Positions 43,027 through 56,287 of a DNA stretch of 64,000 nucleotides are shown one piece after another. Below the pieces are notes generated by a model that ran no database searches, had not been told where the DNA came from, and was given only the letters and a program-made list of their open reading frames with translations. Positions within the stretch are counted from its first letter, which is position 1. Each line of letters begins with the position of its first letter. Both the position numbers and the translations under genes were made by a program. This DNA is from Octopus vulgaris (taxonomy: Eukaryota): NCBI GenBank assembly GCA_951406725.2, contig OX597815.1:33232001-33296000 (forward strand). The letters are read 5' to 3'.

Positions 43027-43178
43027 TGGCTGTGTGGTAAGTAGCTTGCTAACCAACCACATGGTTCCGGGTTCAGTCCCACTGCGTGGCATCTTGGGCA
43101 AGTGTCTTCTGCTATAGCCCCGGGCCGACCAATGCCTTGTGAGTGGATTTGGTAGACGGAAACTGAAAGAAGCCTGTC

Positions 43179-43227
<49 letters not shown>

Positions 43228-43500
43228 CATGTATGTATGTATGTATGTATGTATGTATGTATGTATGTATGTATGTATGTATGTATGTTTGTATGTGTGT
43301 GTGTTTGTGTGTCTGTGTTTGTCCCCCTAGCATTGCTTGACAACCGATGCTGGTTTGTTTATGTCACCGTCACTTAGCGGTTCGGCAAAAAGAGACTTAC
43401 AAAGAATAAGTCCCGGGGTCGATTTGCTCGACTAAAGGCGGTGCTCCAGCATGGCCGCAGTCGAATGACTGAAACAAGTAAAAGAGAAAGAGAAAAGAGA
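43027..43500 (+). mobile_element. Octopus-type tRNA-derived SINE
   Basis: Same family as 38003-38452. Confidence 0.85.
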
Positions 43501-43541
<41 letters not shown>

Positions 43542-43546
43542 TAAAT

Positions 43547-43602
<56 letters not shown>

Positions 43603-43984
43603 CACACATATATATATATATATACAACACACACACACACACATATATATACATATATATGCACACACGCACATACACATACTGACATCACAAATCTACA
43701 TCTATATATACATATAAACGTAGATAGATAGATAGATAGATAGATAGATTATATACATATATACATAATCCAATAGTTTTATTTGGTCGTACGATTCATT
43801 CTCCTTTTTATTCTTCACATTTTTCTCTTTAACTTTCTTTTTTTTCTAATCCATGTATTATTTTCTTCTATCTGATTTGTATTTTCTTTCCATCTTTCCA
43901 TATATCTCTCATCAACTCTCCGTCTCCATCTCTCCTTCTCCCTCTCTGTTTGTCTGTCTGTCTGTCTATCTGTGTGTCTGTCTG

Positions 43985-44018
<34 letters not shown>

Positions 44019-44578
44019 CCCTCTCTCTCTCTCTCTGTCTTGTTTCATTTGTTTTATTTCTCTCCCTCTTCGTCTCCATCCTTTTCTCTTTTAACTACCT
44101 CTTTCTTTTTTTGCTTTCTCTCTGTTTCTTTCTATCTCTTCCTACATATCATTCTCTTTCTCCCTCTCTGTTTCTCCCTCCCTGTTTGTCTGTCTCTTTC
44201 CCTCTCTCTCTCTCTTTCTCTCATTGTACCTCCTCCACTCACTCACTCACCCAATCAGCTTCATTGTTAAAAGGTATCATAATTAATGATACTCATTCCT
44301 CATTACATTTAAGGTTTTCAACCACGCCCACTATTTCTGCTTTCTCCCTTTTCCCCCTCTCTCTTTTCTGCCTCTCTCTCTTTCTCCCTCCTTCGCTTCC
44401 TCTTCCTCTCTCTTATCTCTCTATCAAACTTTTTCTTTCCATTTATCTTAAGTTCTCTGCACTTCTTCGGCATCATACTATTTGTTTCTCTACCTATCAG
44501 CTTGTGTCTATTTGTCTTCGTGTCTACCTATCTAGAGAGATAGCCACCTAGCTGTGTGTATGTGTGAGTGTGCATTAT

Positions 44579-45135
44579 AGGCGCAGGCACGGGTGTGTGC
44601 TAAGAAGCTTGCTTCCCAACCACATGGTCCCGGGTTCAGCCTCACTACGTGCACCTTCAACAAGTGTCTTCTACTATAATCTTTTCTACTTGAAGCACAA
44701 TGCCTCAAATTTCGGGGAAGGGATTAAGTCGATAACATCGATCCCAGTGCATAATTGGTACTTATTTAATCGATCCCGAAAGAGTGAAAGGCAAAGTCGA
44801 CCTCGGCGGAATTTGAACTCAGAACGTGAAGACGCACGAGATACCTATTTCTTACTACCCACAAGGGGCTAAACACAGAGAGGACAAACAAGGACAGACA
44901 AACGGATTAAGTCGATTATATCGACCCCAGTGCGTAACTGGTACTTAATTTATCGACCCCGAAAGGATGAAAGGCAAAGTCGACCTCGGCGGAATTTGAA
45001 CTCAGAACGTAGCGGCAGACGAAATATCGCTAAGCATTTCGCCCGGCGTGTTAACGATTCTGCCAGCTCGCCGCCTTAATTGTCCTCTAGTATAGCCTCC
45101 GGCCGACCAGAATGATTTCGTAGACGGAAATATGT
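44579..45135. mobile_element. Nested SINEs: plus-strand SINE head (44579-44678, resuming ~45086) interrupted by two minus-strand Nin-type SINEs (44690-44835, 44845-45077)
   Basis: CTTCTACTATA ... TATAGCCTCCGGCCGACC split; full rc GGCGGCGAGCTGGCAGAATCG head at 45077. Confidence 0.78.
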
Positions 45136-45354
45136 GTAGCTGCAGGATTCGGTTCCTTCATATAACTCCGGAAAGTCAGAAGTATCTTTCTGAGAATTTC
45201 TATGAGTTCACCAGTCCCAAATTCTGGCCTCCTAATTCCCGTGATTGCAATCCCATGGATTAGTGTGTGCCGTGCGGTTGAGAAAGATACCAACAACTGT
45301 GCCTGCAACACGAAGCTGGTGACTGAAATCGAAGGAGGTGCTCGAAGATCTTCC

Positions 45355-45700
45355 CCGGTACTTATTTTATCGCAATTTTTTACCGAACTGCTAAGTCACA
45401 CCAACACCGTTTGTTAAGCGGTGATGGAGGACAAACACAAACCTAAAGATACATGCACACACACATATATATATACAAACATATACTCGCACGCCCGCAC
45501 ACACACACACACACCATGCACATTACACACACACGCACACACACAGAAATCCGATGGGTTTCTTTCAGTTTCTGTCCACCAGATCCATCCACAAAGCTTT
45601 GGTCGGCCGAGCCTACAGTAGAAGACACTAGCCAAAGGTGCATGCCGTAGGACTTAACCCAGAACCAAACGTCTTACCACATAACCATGCCTACGCCTAT
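45355..45700 (-). mobile_element. Octopus-type SINE, diverged
   Basis: TTTCTTTCAGTTTCTGTC...TTGGTCGGCC...GTAGAAGACAC. Confidence 0.72.
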
Positions 45701-45756
45701 AATGCGCGCATACACACACACACACACACACACACACTCAAACACGTAAAAAAATG

Positions 45757-48700
45757 AAACTTCACATATAATACATAACTTAGAAGTAGCGCTGCGGATG
45801 TGCCAAAACACACGAGCTTGAGACATGGCCGCCCTCACGCACTTCTCATGAGGAATTCCGGAAGGAGCTTCGTGAAACCACTGCAGAGACGCTTCCGGAA
45901 AAAAATTTCAGTAACCGTTGGAAAACCGATTATAGCAATGACTCGACCAAATCCTAGCGATATCCGAAGAAGGAATTTTTGTATTCCGAAATATTATCAT
46001 TATATCAGACTATGGCATTGTTGTGCCATTCAAGACGCGTTATAGTTTACAAACAATACTCAATGCTTCAAGCGAACTACAATACTCTCCTATCTCTACG
46101 CCTGGGCCAAGCCGAGTTCGCAACCGCTAGGGAGTTAATCAAGCTATCGGAGAAACGTGCTAGAATCGGATGCCAAATAAACTTTCCTAAACGCTGCCTA
46201 AAAAACAACATAATTCCCAACACCATCAGGAACATACATCTACTCACGTGCTTTCGCAGCCTTAACCTTCGACGATCACTGAAATACATACATATGTTCG
46301 TCATCAGAAAAATCATACACTGTCTACACCACCAACTCCATGAGCACATACGCAAATTCTCTTAAATAATATCCAGCATCACATCAACCACTGAACCTAC
46401 ATACCGAAGAACAACCGCAGCTGTTGACCGATGCTACTACCACTGCGTTGACCAAGAGAAGAAACGCTTCAAATTTAAATTCTTGTCGCTTTGTACCAGA
46501 TACCGCCACAACTCGGCCTATTATACCGACACAGATGAACAGGACACGGTCACCTAACAAGATAACACTAACATCGTGGACGCCAGCACACCATCAACAA
46601 CTAAATCCCTAGTCACAGACTTGAGTGGGTCACTTTCCCATGAAGAACTAGAACTTCTCAGTCTGGGTCCTAAATTTATCTTAAGCCAACAGCCGAACGA
46701 GGAATTCTTACTCGACTAAGAAACCAACTTTTGTGGAACTGCCTACCAACTCAAAAGGCTATTAGTAATAAAGAACCACAACAATACACTCGGCAAACTT
46801 CCCACGTACCAACTAGACCGCCCACTCCACCCAACCCCAACCAACCGAGAACTCAACCACAAACTGTCCAGACTGAAACTGTCAATCTCCAACATTTTAA
46901 GGAAGGAATCGAAAATAATACCAGTCTTAACCAAGACGCGACTTAAAACATTGACAAAACTAAAAAATAATTTAAAAAAAACTTATCTACTTACCAGTAG
47001 ACAAAAGATAAGAAATCTGTGTGACTTCTTGTGAAATTTATGATAGACTGATACTAGAAGATTTAAACAATGACAGACTATATTCTGAAGTGGCAGATAC
47101 AACTGCGACCAGGATGGCTTGAGGACCGAATTAACGCCCTATGGACTGACATTTGTAGACGGAGACAACTACATAACAAATACAAGAACAACTTCATCAC
47201 AAAGAACAGTAGATAACACATTTTCTATCACCTCATTAAAACACATAAGGATAGCAACAGGATCCAGATTAAACCCATCGTCTCCAGCGTGGAAGGACTC
47301 CTATATAAAATATCCTGGCTACTTTCTCACATCCTGAAACCCATACTCTCCACCTTTCCTGGACACGTCAAGAACTCCGACGAAGTCATCAAAAGACTGC
47401 GCCAACTTTCCTCAGACCAACTCAGGCAAAACAGATATGCCTTTAGTCTTGACGTTGTCTCAATGTATACAACGGTACCAGCACACTCGGCGGTCAGCCT
47501 ATTATCTGACTGCATATTTGCGTCCGACATCCACTGCTTCGGACTCGCCGCAGCTGATATACATCAACTATTGTCCATCATCGTGGACAACACCTACTTC
47601 TCTTTCCATGATCACATATACAAACAGACAACAGGTCTCCCCATGGGATCCAGTCTCTCGGGCCTACTAGCCATCACCTATATGAACTATCTGGTACGTC
47701 TAACACTCAACATCTGCCGCTCATGCGCCTTCTTCATCAGGTACGTAGATCACATCCTCATACTCACATCCTCCCATGAAGAAGCAGGCAGAATATTCAA
47801 GACGTTCAACAATATGGACATGAACATACGGTTCAGTATAGAACATCCCGACAACACTGGATCCCTATCGCTACGCGACTTCCAACTGAAAATAACGCAA
47901 GAAGGAGAAATCCACACCGACTTCTACAGGAAAGCAGCCAGTAGAGATATGTTTTTTCGGGACAGTTCAGCCCTTCCACTCGGTGCCAAAATAGGATACA
48001 CCAGAAATGAACTTGCACGCATCCAGAGCAAGTGCAGCAGGGCAGAAGACAAGGTGACCCACACCAAACGCTTCCTAGAGATATTGAAAACCAACGAGTA
48101 CCCTATATCTATTGTAAATCGGCTTAAGTACCCAAGACGACGAATACGCTGAACACACAGGAAACCCAGCAACACATGCTTCCTTAAAATACCCCAGTTT
48201 AGCGAGAGGATAACTACAGCCAATCCAAAGAAGAGAAGGACTAGACATACAACTAACCCACTCCGGCCCCTTTCTGAGAAGACACCTAGCAAAGAAACGA
48301 GCAAGGGACAGCAATCAATGCACACTAGCTAACTGCTTCATCCATGACACAGACTTATGCCAACGGGTAAATGTTGTGTATAGAATACAATGTAACAAAT
48401 GCAACAAGTTCTATGTGAGTAGCACAATAAGACCGTTACACATTCGCATCAAAGAACATCTGAACACGAGAGCCTCCTCTTTCAGAAAACATATAGACAA
48501 ATGCCGGAACACCGACAAAAGCATAACAGTCACAATTGAGTCCAGACAAAGAAATTTGGGTAATCTAAGAATTAAGGAAGCTATCCTCAGAGACAGACTA
48601 AGGCCCAACATTAACAACAGGCTGGTGGCTGGCAATCAATATATTATTTAGCTACACCTGGATGCGTGTAGGTTTCATTTTTGATAACATGCTCATGTAA

Positions 48701-49068
48701 TATATGAAAAAAAAAGAAACTGCATGTACAATACATAACTTAGAAGCAGCGTTGTGGATGTGCATACACACACGAGCTTGAGACATGGTCGCCCTCACGC
48801 ATTTCTCGTGAGGAATTCCGGAAGGAGCTTTGTGAGACCACTGCAGAGACGCTTCCGGGCAAAACAAAATTCAGTTACCGTTGGAAAACCGATTATAGCA
48901 ATGACTCGATATCTGAAGAAGGAATTATAGCAGTGACTCGGTATCTGAAGAAGAAATTTTTGTATCCAAATTATTAGTATTATATCAGACCATAGATAAT
49001 TAAATTATAATAGTTATTATCGTCCACTCTGCATTGTTGTGCCATCCAAGACACGTTATATTTTATAA
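45757..49068 (+). mobile_element. Near full-length decayed Penelope/Poseidon-type PLE with direct pLTRs
   Basis: Direct repeats ~45757-46050 and ~48717-49068; N-terminal INFPKRCLKNNIIP; RT FSLDVVSMYT, GLPMGSSLS, RYVDH; GIY-YIG VYRIQCNKCNKFYVSST.RPLHIRIKEH; multiple stops and frameshifts. Confidence 0.9.
45959..45998 (+). ncRNA. pLTR hammerhead motif, minimal and mutated
   Basis: GATAT-CCGAAGA-AGGAAT..ATTCC-GAAAT-ATT-ATC; the 3' pLTR keeps CTGAAGA (48913). Confidence 0.55.
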
Positions 49069-49071
49069 AAT

Positions 49072-49102
<31 letters not shown>

Positions 49103-49104
49103 TT

Positions 49105-49960
49105 ATACAAAACAATGAACGAAATTTTAAGCTCATATAAAATTATAAAAAGCAAAAAGCAACCGAAGTCACTGGAAAAAAATATTAATCAGCGCTAGAC
49201 TGTATCCACTAACAACAGAGCCAAAAGTGACAAAATGTGGGCGTTCTAACTGTGGAACATGCCCCCACCTTCTGGAAGGTTCAGAATATCACTTCAAACA
49301 AGGAGAATTGTTTAAGATCAAATCAAATTTCACCTGCGCCTCAGTAAATGTAATCTATGTCATGACATGCATAGGATGTGGTAAACTTTATATTGGACAA
49401 ACAGAAATTTCGCTCCATCAAAGAATCACCATTCACAAAGAGCAAATCCGTCACCCGCAATACATACAGTTAAAGGTTAGTGAACACATAGAAAGGTGTG
49501 CCAGGAATCTTAATCCCAATTTCCAAATCTTTCCCTTTTATCAATATTCACAGAACAACACAATTCAACAAAGGTTGAATAACGAGGCATTTTTCATCAA
49601 TAAATTTCTCCCCCAACTAAATATGAACACACAACTCAATACAGAACACCACTAACACTTCAATTGAAACCACTAACCCCTATACACTTCCTACACTGCT
49701 CACATCTCTAAATCCAGAACTACTTACCTCCCTTACAAATAATCCAGAACCACTTACCTTCCTTACAAATAACCTTTTTTCTCAGGAACTATTAGACCTG
49801 ACACCGTGTATTAGCCGGTGTTTTCAAAGCGATGAATAGAATTTGGCCGAAACCATGGTTCGCTTTGTTCTCTTACTTTATTATCATCTTATAATCATCT
49901 CATAATAATGACTTTTATGACTCTTATTACTACTTCAGTCCTCTTAATGTATATATTTGT
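49105..49960 (+). mobile_element. 3' fragment of a Neptune-type PLE (GIY-YIG endonuclease plus 3' region)
   Basis: ORF 49227-49655 KCGRSNCGTC...FTCASVNVIYVMTCIGCGKLYIGQT; degenerate HHR 49825-49867 ending GAAAC-CATG-GTT-CGCTTTG. Confidence 0.85.
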
Positions 49961-50034
49961 CGTTACCTGTCATAAAAGGCCTTTTTTTATTTGCAATGTG
50001 CATTTTCGTTGATTTTTCATATTTTACCCCTATA

Positions 50035-50162
<128 letters not shown>

Positions 50163-50224
50163 TTATACATATATATATAGAATTAAAAGCTATACCAACC
50201 ACCGAACTGGATGTCACTGCATAT

Positions 50225-50375
50225 TACTAAAGATCCTGTCTTCATTTCGGATAAGGACCCAATATTGTAAAATCTTGGGTTTTAGGGGACTGCAACTTTT
50301 TAACATCCTGCCAAACAACCTCAGAGATTTGCGAGGTGTAAATGTGGAAATTTTCAAAAAGTACCTGGATATTTA
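50225..50375 (+). mobile_element. CR1-type LINE 3' remnant
   Basis: FRGLQLFNILPNNLRDLRGVNVEIFKKYLD. Confidence 0.6.
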
Positions 50376-50384
50376 TATGCATAT

Positions 50385-50850
50385 AGGCGAGGAAGTGCTG
50401 AAAAGTTTCCAGCTTTGGGTAAAAGCAAATACAGGAGGATCAGTTAATTATGATTTTATTCAACATATTCCCCTCTCGGATTTACACACTTATTGTTGGT
50501 CTCTCGCTCAACTGCGCCCAACACATAAATAATCAAGGGGTTGCAGTCTGGGGAGTTAGATGGCCAGATGATAGGGATGACGTGGTCACAGAAATTGTCT
50601 GACAGCCATGACTGGGTTCTTCCGCTTGTATGGCATGGTACAGAGTCCTGTTGCCAAACATAGGGTCTTCCGGCAGCCACCCTCTTGACCCAGGTTAGCA
50701 CTACCGCCTCCGGGCACTTGATGTAGACCCCGTGTTGAGTGTGAGACCGTGTGGGAAGATGAATGGAGGCATAACGTCGCCATCACTAGTGATCACTCCA
50801 AACACCATGATGTTGACTGGATGTTTGATTTTTATCACTTTCGGTACATG
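50385..50850 (-). mobile_element. Tc1/mariner transposase fragment with one TIR
   Basis: WQQDSVPCHTS..TQSWL...WPSNSPDCNPL; TIR-like CGAGGAAGTGCTGAAAAGTTTCCAGCTTT at ~50388. Confidence 0.85.
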
Positions 50851-50859
50851 TCATTAGAT

Positions 50860-52285
50860 TGCACTGGCCTCAGATTGACTCTCAAACACTTTGTAATGCT
50901 CGTATTGGAGCTTCTGGCGTGACCGAGAGAAATTCAAGGAAATACTAAACAAGGAGGGTCACGATATTAAGGTGATCCCTCCCAATGAGATTATGAAGGT
51001 TAATGCGGAAAGGATGATAATGTATAGGACTTATAACCCTAAAATGAAGATAATTGAACAGGTATCAACACAGCACATTGAGAAGCCATAAAACCAATCT
51101 GGCAAGATATTACTATCTTGCCAGAGAAAGAAAGTTTGCTACAGTGGAGTTGCGGTTTCTTACCGCAGCGAAAGCCAGGTAACTCTACTGAAGACGGACG
51201 AAGTGGTACTTCTGTCCATCTACCTTGGAAAGCGTGCTTCCAGGATGAGGGTGGAAGACATCCCTCCGGAGGTGGATGTGGCCTGGTTGGTGTCCGCGAT
51301 CCTGCTGGGCCTGGAAGATGAAATAGTGGTCCTCCAAGCAGTGAGAACAGAATCTAGAAACTGGCAAAGGCAGGCCGCCCTGGAGGATCTGGAAAGAATT
51401 ACAGATGTAGAACTTAGGATAGCCAATGAGAAAAGAAAGTGCGCCTCCATCTCCAGCGATAATAAATACATAGAAGTTTGCGAGGAGGAACAAAGCAACA
51501 AGAAAGGAAGGAAAGGCATAGCGGAAGATGAAGCCAAAGACGGTTGGCAAACGGCAGAGAATAAGAAAAGAAAAAGGAAAAAAATCTCAAACTGTTGTGG
51601 TTGACCCCCCACCCTACCTCCACTCAGCCGCGACTCGGTCCAACCCTACCCCCACCCGCCTCCAACAGACACCGGCCCTCACCCATACCACCAGACATGA
51701 ACGTCAATACCGCAGACACAAAGGTGCCACAAGTTCCCCCACCACCCGAGAAAAGCTTCTTATGATGTTTTACAGTGAGGTAAGTGAATCGGTGAAAAAT
51801 AGATAGATACAAAAAAAACTGAAGTGTAATAGAAGTGAACACAACGGACTGTGAGGAGGTGCCCTCGCATATAAAATGTGCTGTTACGTCGAAGGAGTTT
51901 TTTGATAAGCTGAGGGCAAAATTCGGGAGCAAGGCCACCAGTTTCACAGAGGAAGCTGATATCCAAGAACTGCCTACTAAGAAAAAAAAAGGTAAGTCTT
52001 CGAGATATATTCTCTAAAAAGATAACGTGGATAAAACCAAAGTGTTAAAATTTGTTTGAAAAGACTCTAAAGTTATTTCATTGAGTTTATTATTAATTAT
52101 TTCATTTGTGTTAAAAATGTCTAAATGAAGTCGCTCGAGTGGCTTCATCCATGTTTTTCATTTTTCATTTTGTAATTCATCGTTTCCATTCATTTTTTTT
52201 CTTTTTTGGCCCCTCTTTTGTGTTTGTCCATGTATTGTCCTTCTTTGTAGGCCCTTTATGGGTAATTTAAGAATAAAATTCATGA
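50860..52285 (+). mobile_element. Decayed ORF1/gag-like-only retroelement, copy 1
   Basis: DEVVLLSIYLGKRASRMRVEDIPPEV, KDGWQTAENKKRKR, EEVPSHIKCA collinear with copy 2. Confidence 0.6.
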
Positions 52286-52424
52286 AAATTTACAACCAAA
52301 AATTGTCAAGAACTAGAAAGTGTCATTTTTATAGAGATTGTCAGTAATTCGCACGTTTTGTTGATTGTTGCTACATTTATTTAATTGTTTCGTGTCTTAT
52401 AAACACTTTGCTTTGCTGCCTTGC

Positions 52425-54065
52425 GGCAGTTTTGTTGAAGTTTCCCTCCTTGTTTCAAGGGAAAAGCGCAGTATAATTTGTATAAAAATGGAATACGAAA
52501 ATCTTAGTTCTTCAGAATTTACGTCGTCCAAAGAAGAATTGCTGAGAGCAATTACTGCGAAACAGAAGGAGGTGGAATAAACGATGGATTCTGCGATCGT
52601 GGCCAGAGACCACAGTGAAGAGATAAGTGTGGAAAAGGAGGAACCTGAGAAATACAAGGATAGGTCACGTAGGGAGGGATACGATGTTAAGGTAACTCCT
52701 CCCCAAGAAATTACAAAAACGACAAAAGAAAGGTCGATAGTGTACAGGGCCTACATTTTGAAATCGAAGAATATTGACACGGCTACAATACATCAAGTGG
52801 AGAAAGCCTTGAAACCCATCTAGCAGTGAATTACTTTCCCTGCCAGAGGAAGGAAGTTCGTGACAGTAGAGGTGCAGTTTTGGACCGAGGCAATTTCCAG
52901 GCAGCATTCGGCAACTTCCTTGAAGTCTGACGAGGTGGTACTTCTACCTATTTACCTTGGAATACGTGCTTCCAGGGTAAGGGTGAAAGACATCCCCTTG
53001 GGGGTGGCTGTGACCTGTCTGGTGGTAGCAATACTGCTAGGCCTCGAAGATCAGATTCTGGTCCTCCAAGCCACTAGAACAGCGCATAAAAATTGACAAA
53101 GGCAGGGCCTGGAAATGGTTATCCAGGCCGCCACGGAAGACCTAGAAAAAATGGCAGAGACCATAACGGTCAACGAAAAAGTGATACTTAGGGTTAGAGT
53201 GGAGGGCAAGACCCCACGCTGTTACAAGTATGGCCAAAAAGGTCACATTATAGTGGAATGCCTCCGCCGCCCGTAAAGACACCGGTGTTACCTGGAAACG
53301 AAAAAGAAACTGCACCTCCACCTACTGCGAGTGCCAGTGGGAGAGAGCTCAGCATTGAGGAAGAAAAAGAAAACAAAGCAGAGGAGAAACCCAAGGATGG
53401 ATGGGAAACGGCAAGAAGGAAAAAGAGAAAGAGGTCACAAACTGTTGATGATAACCCCCACCTCACTCACCACCCCGTTTCATCCTCCCCTACAGACACC
53501 GGCCATCACCCTGCATCGCCAGACACGACCATCAGTTTTACAGACACGCAGAAACCACAAATTTCCCCTCCCCCACCCCGAGAAAAGTACCTTATTGTAA
53601 TGTTTGATAACAGAACTGAAAGTGCGAGAAGGGAAATTGAAAGTTTGAACTCCCCGGTGAGGGTGAACACTTTGAATTATGAGGAGGTGCCCTCACATGT
53701 GAAATGTGCACTGGCGCCAAGATAGACATTTTACAGACTGAATGATAACTTCGAGAGGAGCGTCTCCGATATGAGAAGAGAAATTGAAATTGAAGGTCTA
53801 CCTGAATCGGTAAGTTTCAGAACTATTTACTCGGAAATCATAAACTGGAACATCCCTTCATGTTAAAATTTGTTCAAACTGTAAAAATGGTGTTTTAAAA
53901 AAGTTTCAATGAGGTCCCTCGGAGTTCAAGTGGTCGTCATTTCATTCATCCATTCTTTTTTCTCATATCATCTTGTTTCATTCGTTCCCAACCCCCAAAC
54001 TTGTGCTATTCTTGTGTTGTCCCTCTTTGAATAGCCCCTTGTGTGTAATTTTAAGAATAAAAGAT
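52425..54065 (+). mobile_element. Decayed ORF1/gag-like-only retroelement, copy 2
   Basis: ATG 52488; degenerate zinc knuckle CYKYGQKGHIIVEC at 53220-53261; Pro-rich and basic C-terminus; pyrimidine-rich 3' UTR ending AAGAATAAAA; no RT. Confidence 0.65.
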
Positions 54066-54234
54066 ATGAAAATTCATTTTATACACACCGGACTGCTTGA
54101 AATTTTCCTTTTTATTTTTTGCTTTATACTCATTTACAATTCTTTCGCTTTTTCTATAATTATTACCAAGTTGTGCAAAAACTCTTTTTAAAAAAACTTC
54201 AACTCTTTAAAAAAACTAAACTTTTAAAAATTCC

Positions 54235-54315
54235 ATCGCTGATGAAGGAAATACGGTCACCAAAGTCGAAAGAATAAGCTTTTGCTTTGCATATTCCCTG
54301 AAACGATCGTAAGAT
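54235..54315 (+). ncRNA. Type I hammerhead-like motif, long stem II
   Basis: ATCG-CTGATGA-AGGAAATA...TATTCCCT-GAAAC-GATC-GTA-AGAT. Confidence 0.65.
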
Positions 54316-54704
54316 ATTTCACTTCATTATATTTTTATATCATTAGTGAACTGCTTTATTTTATTTTATTCGAGGACAATTTTAAATCGCCTTACTTCAT
54401 TTAAATTTACTTCATTCGACAACTATTGTAAATCTTTTAAGCATCTCACCTACTAGTGATTTTAATTTAATTTATTTTATCTGATATAATTTTCTGTATA
54501 TGTATTGTGATCGCCCAACCTTAGGATTATAATAAAAAATATATATGTATATATTTGATTGTATTCCCAAATGTATTGGCCGCCGGACTAGGAGGATGAT
54601 AAACTAATCAATCTTCCTCATTGAACTTTGAGATATGTGTGTGGGGGGGAGTATGTGTGTATGCGTATATATATCTATGTATGTATATATTTATTTACAT
54701 TATT

Positions 54705-54905
54705 TTCATTTGAGGGATATTTGTTCTCATCTTGTTTGTTGTTAACACGTTTCGGCTGATATACCCTCCAGTCTTCATCAGGTGTCTTGGGGAGTTTTCG
54801 AACCGGGTTTTCTCATTCTTAAGGCATTTTTCGATGTTATTATTATTATTATTATTACTATTATTATTATTATTATTATTATTATTATCATTATTATTTT
54901 ATTAT
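54705..54905 (-). mobile_element. 3' (HHR) half of the tRNA-HHR SINE-like element
   Basis: Homolog of 12940-13100; HHR 54744-54786. Confidence 0.75.
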
Positions 54906-54962
54906 TATCTCCTTCTTCTTCTTCTTCTTCTTCTTCTTCTTCTTCTTCTTCTTCTTCTTCTT

Positions 54963-56210
<1,248 letters not shown>

Positions 56211-56231
56211 TTATTATTATTATCATCATCA

Positions 56232-56283
<52 letters not shown>

Positions 56284-56287
<4 letters not shown>

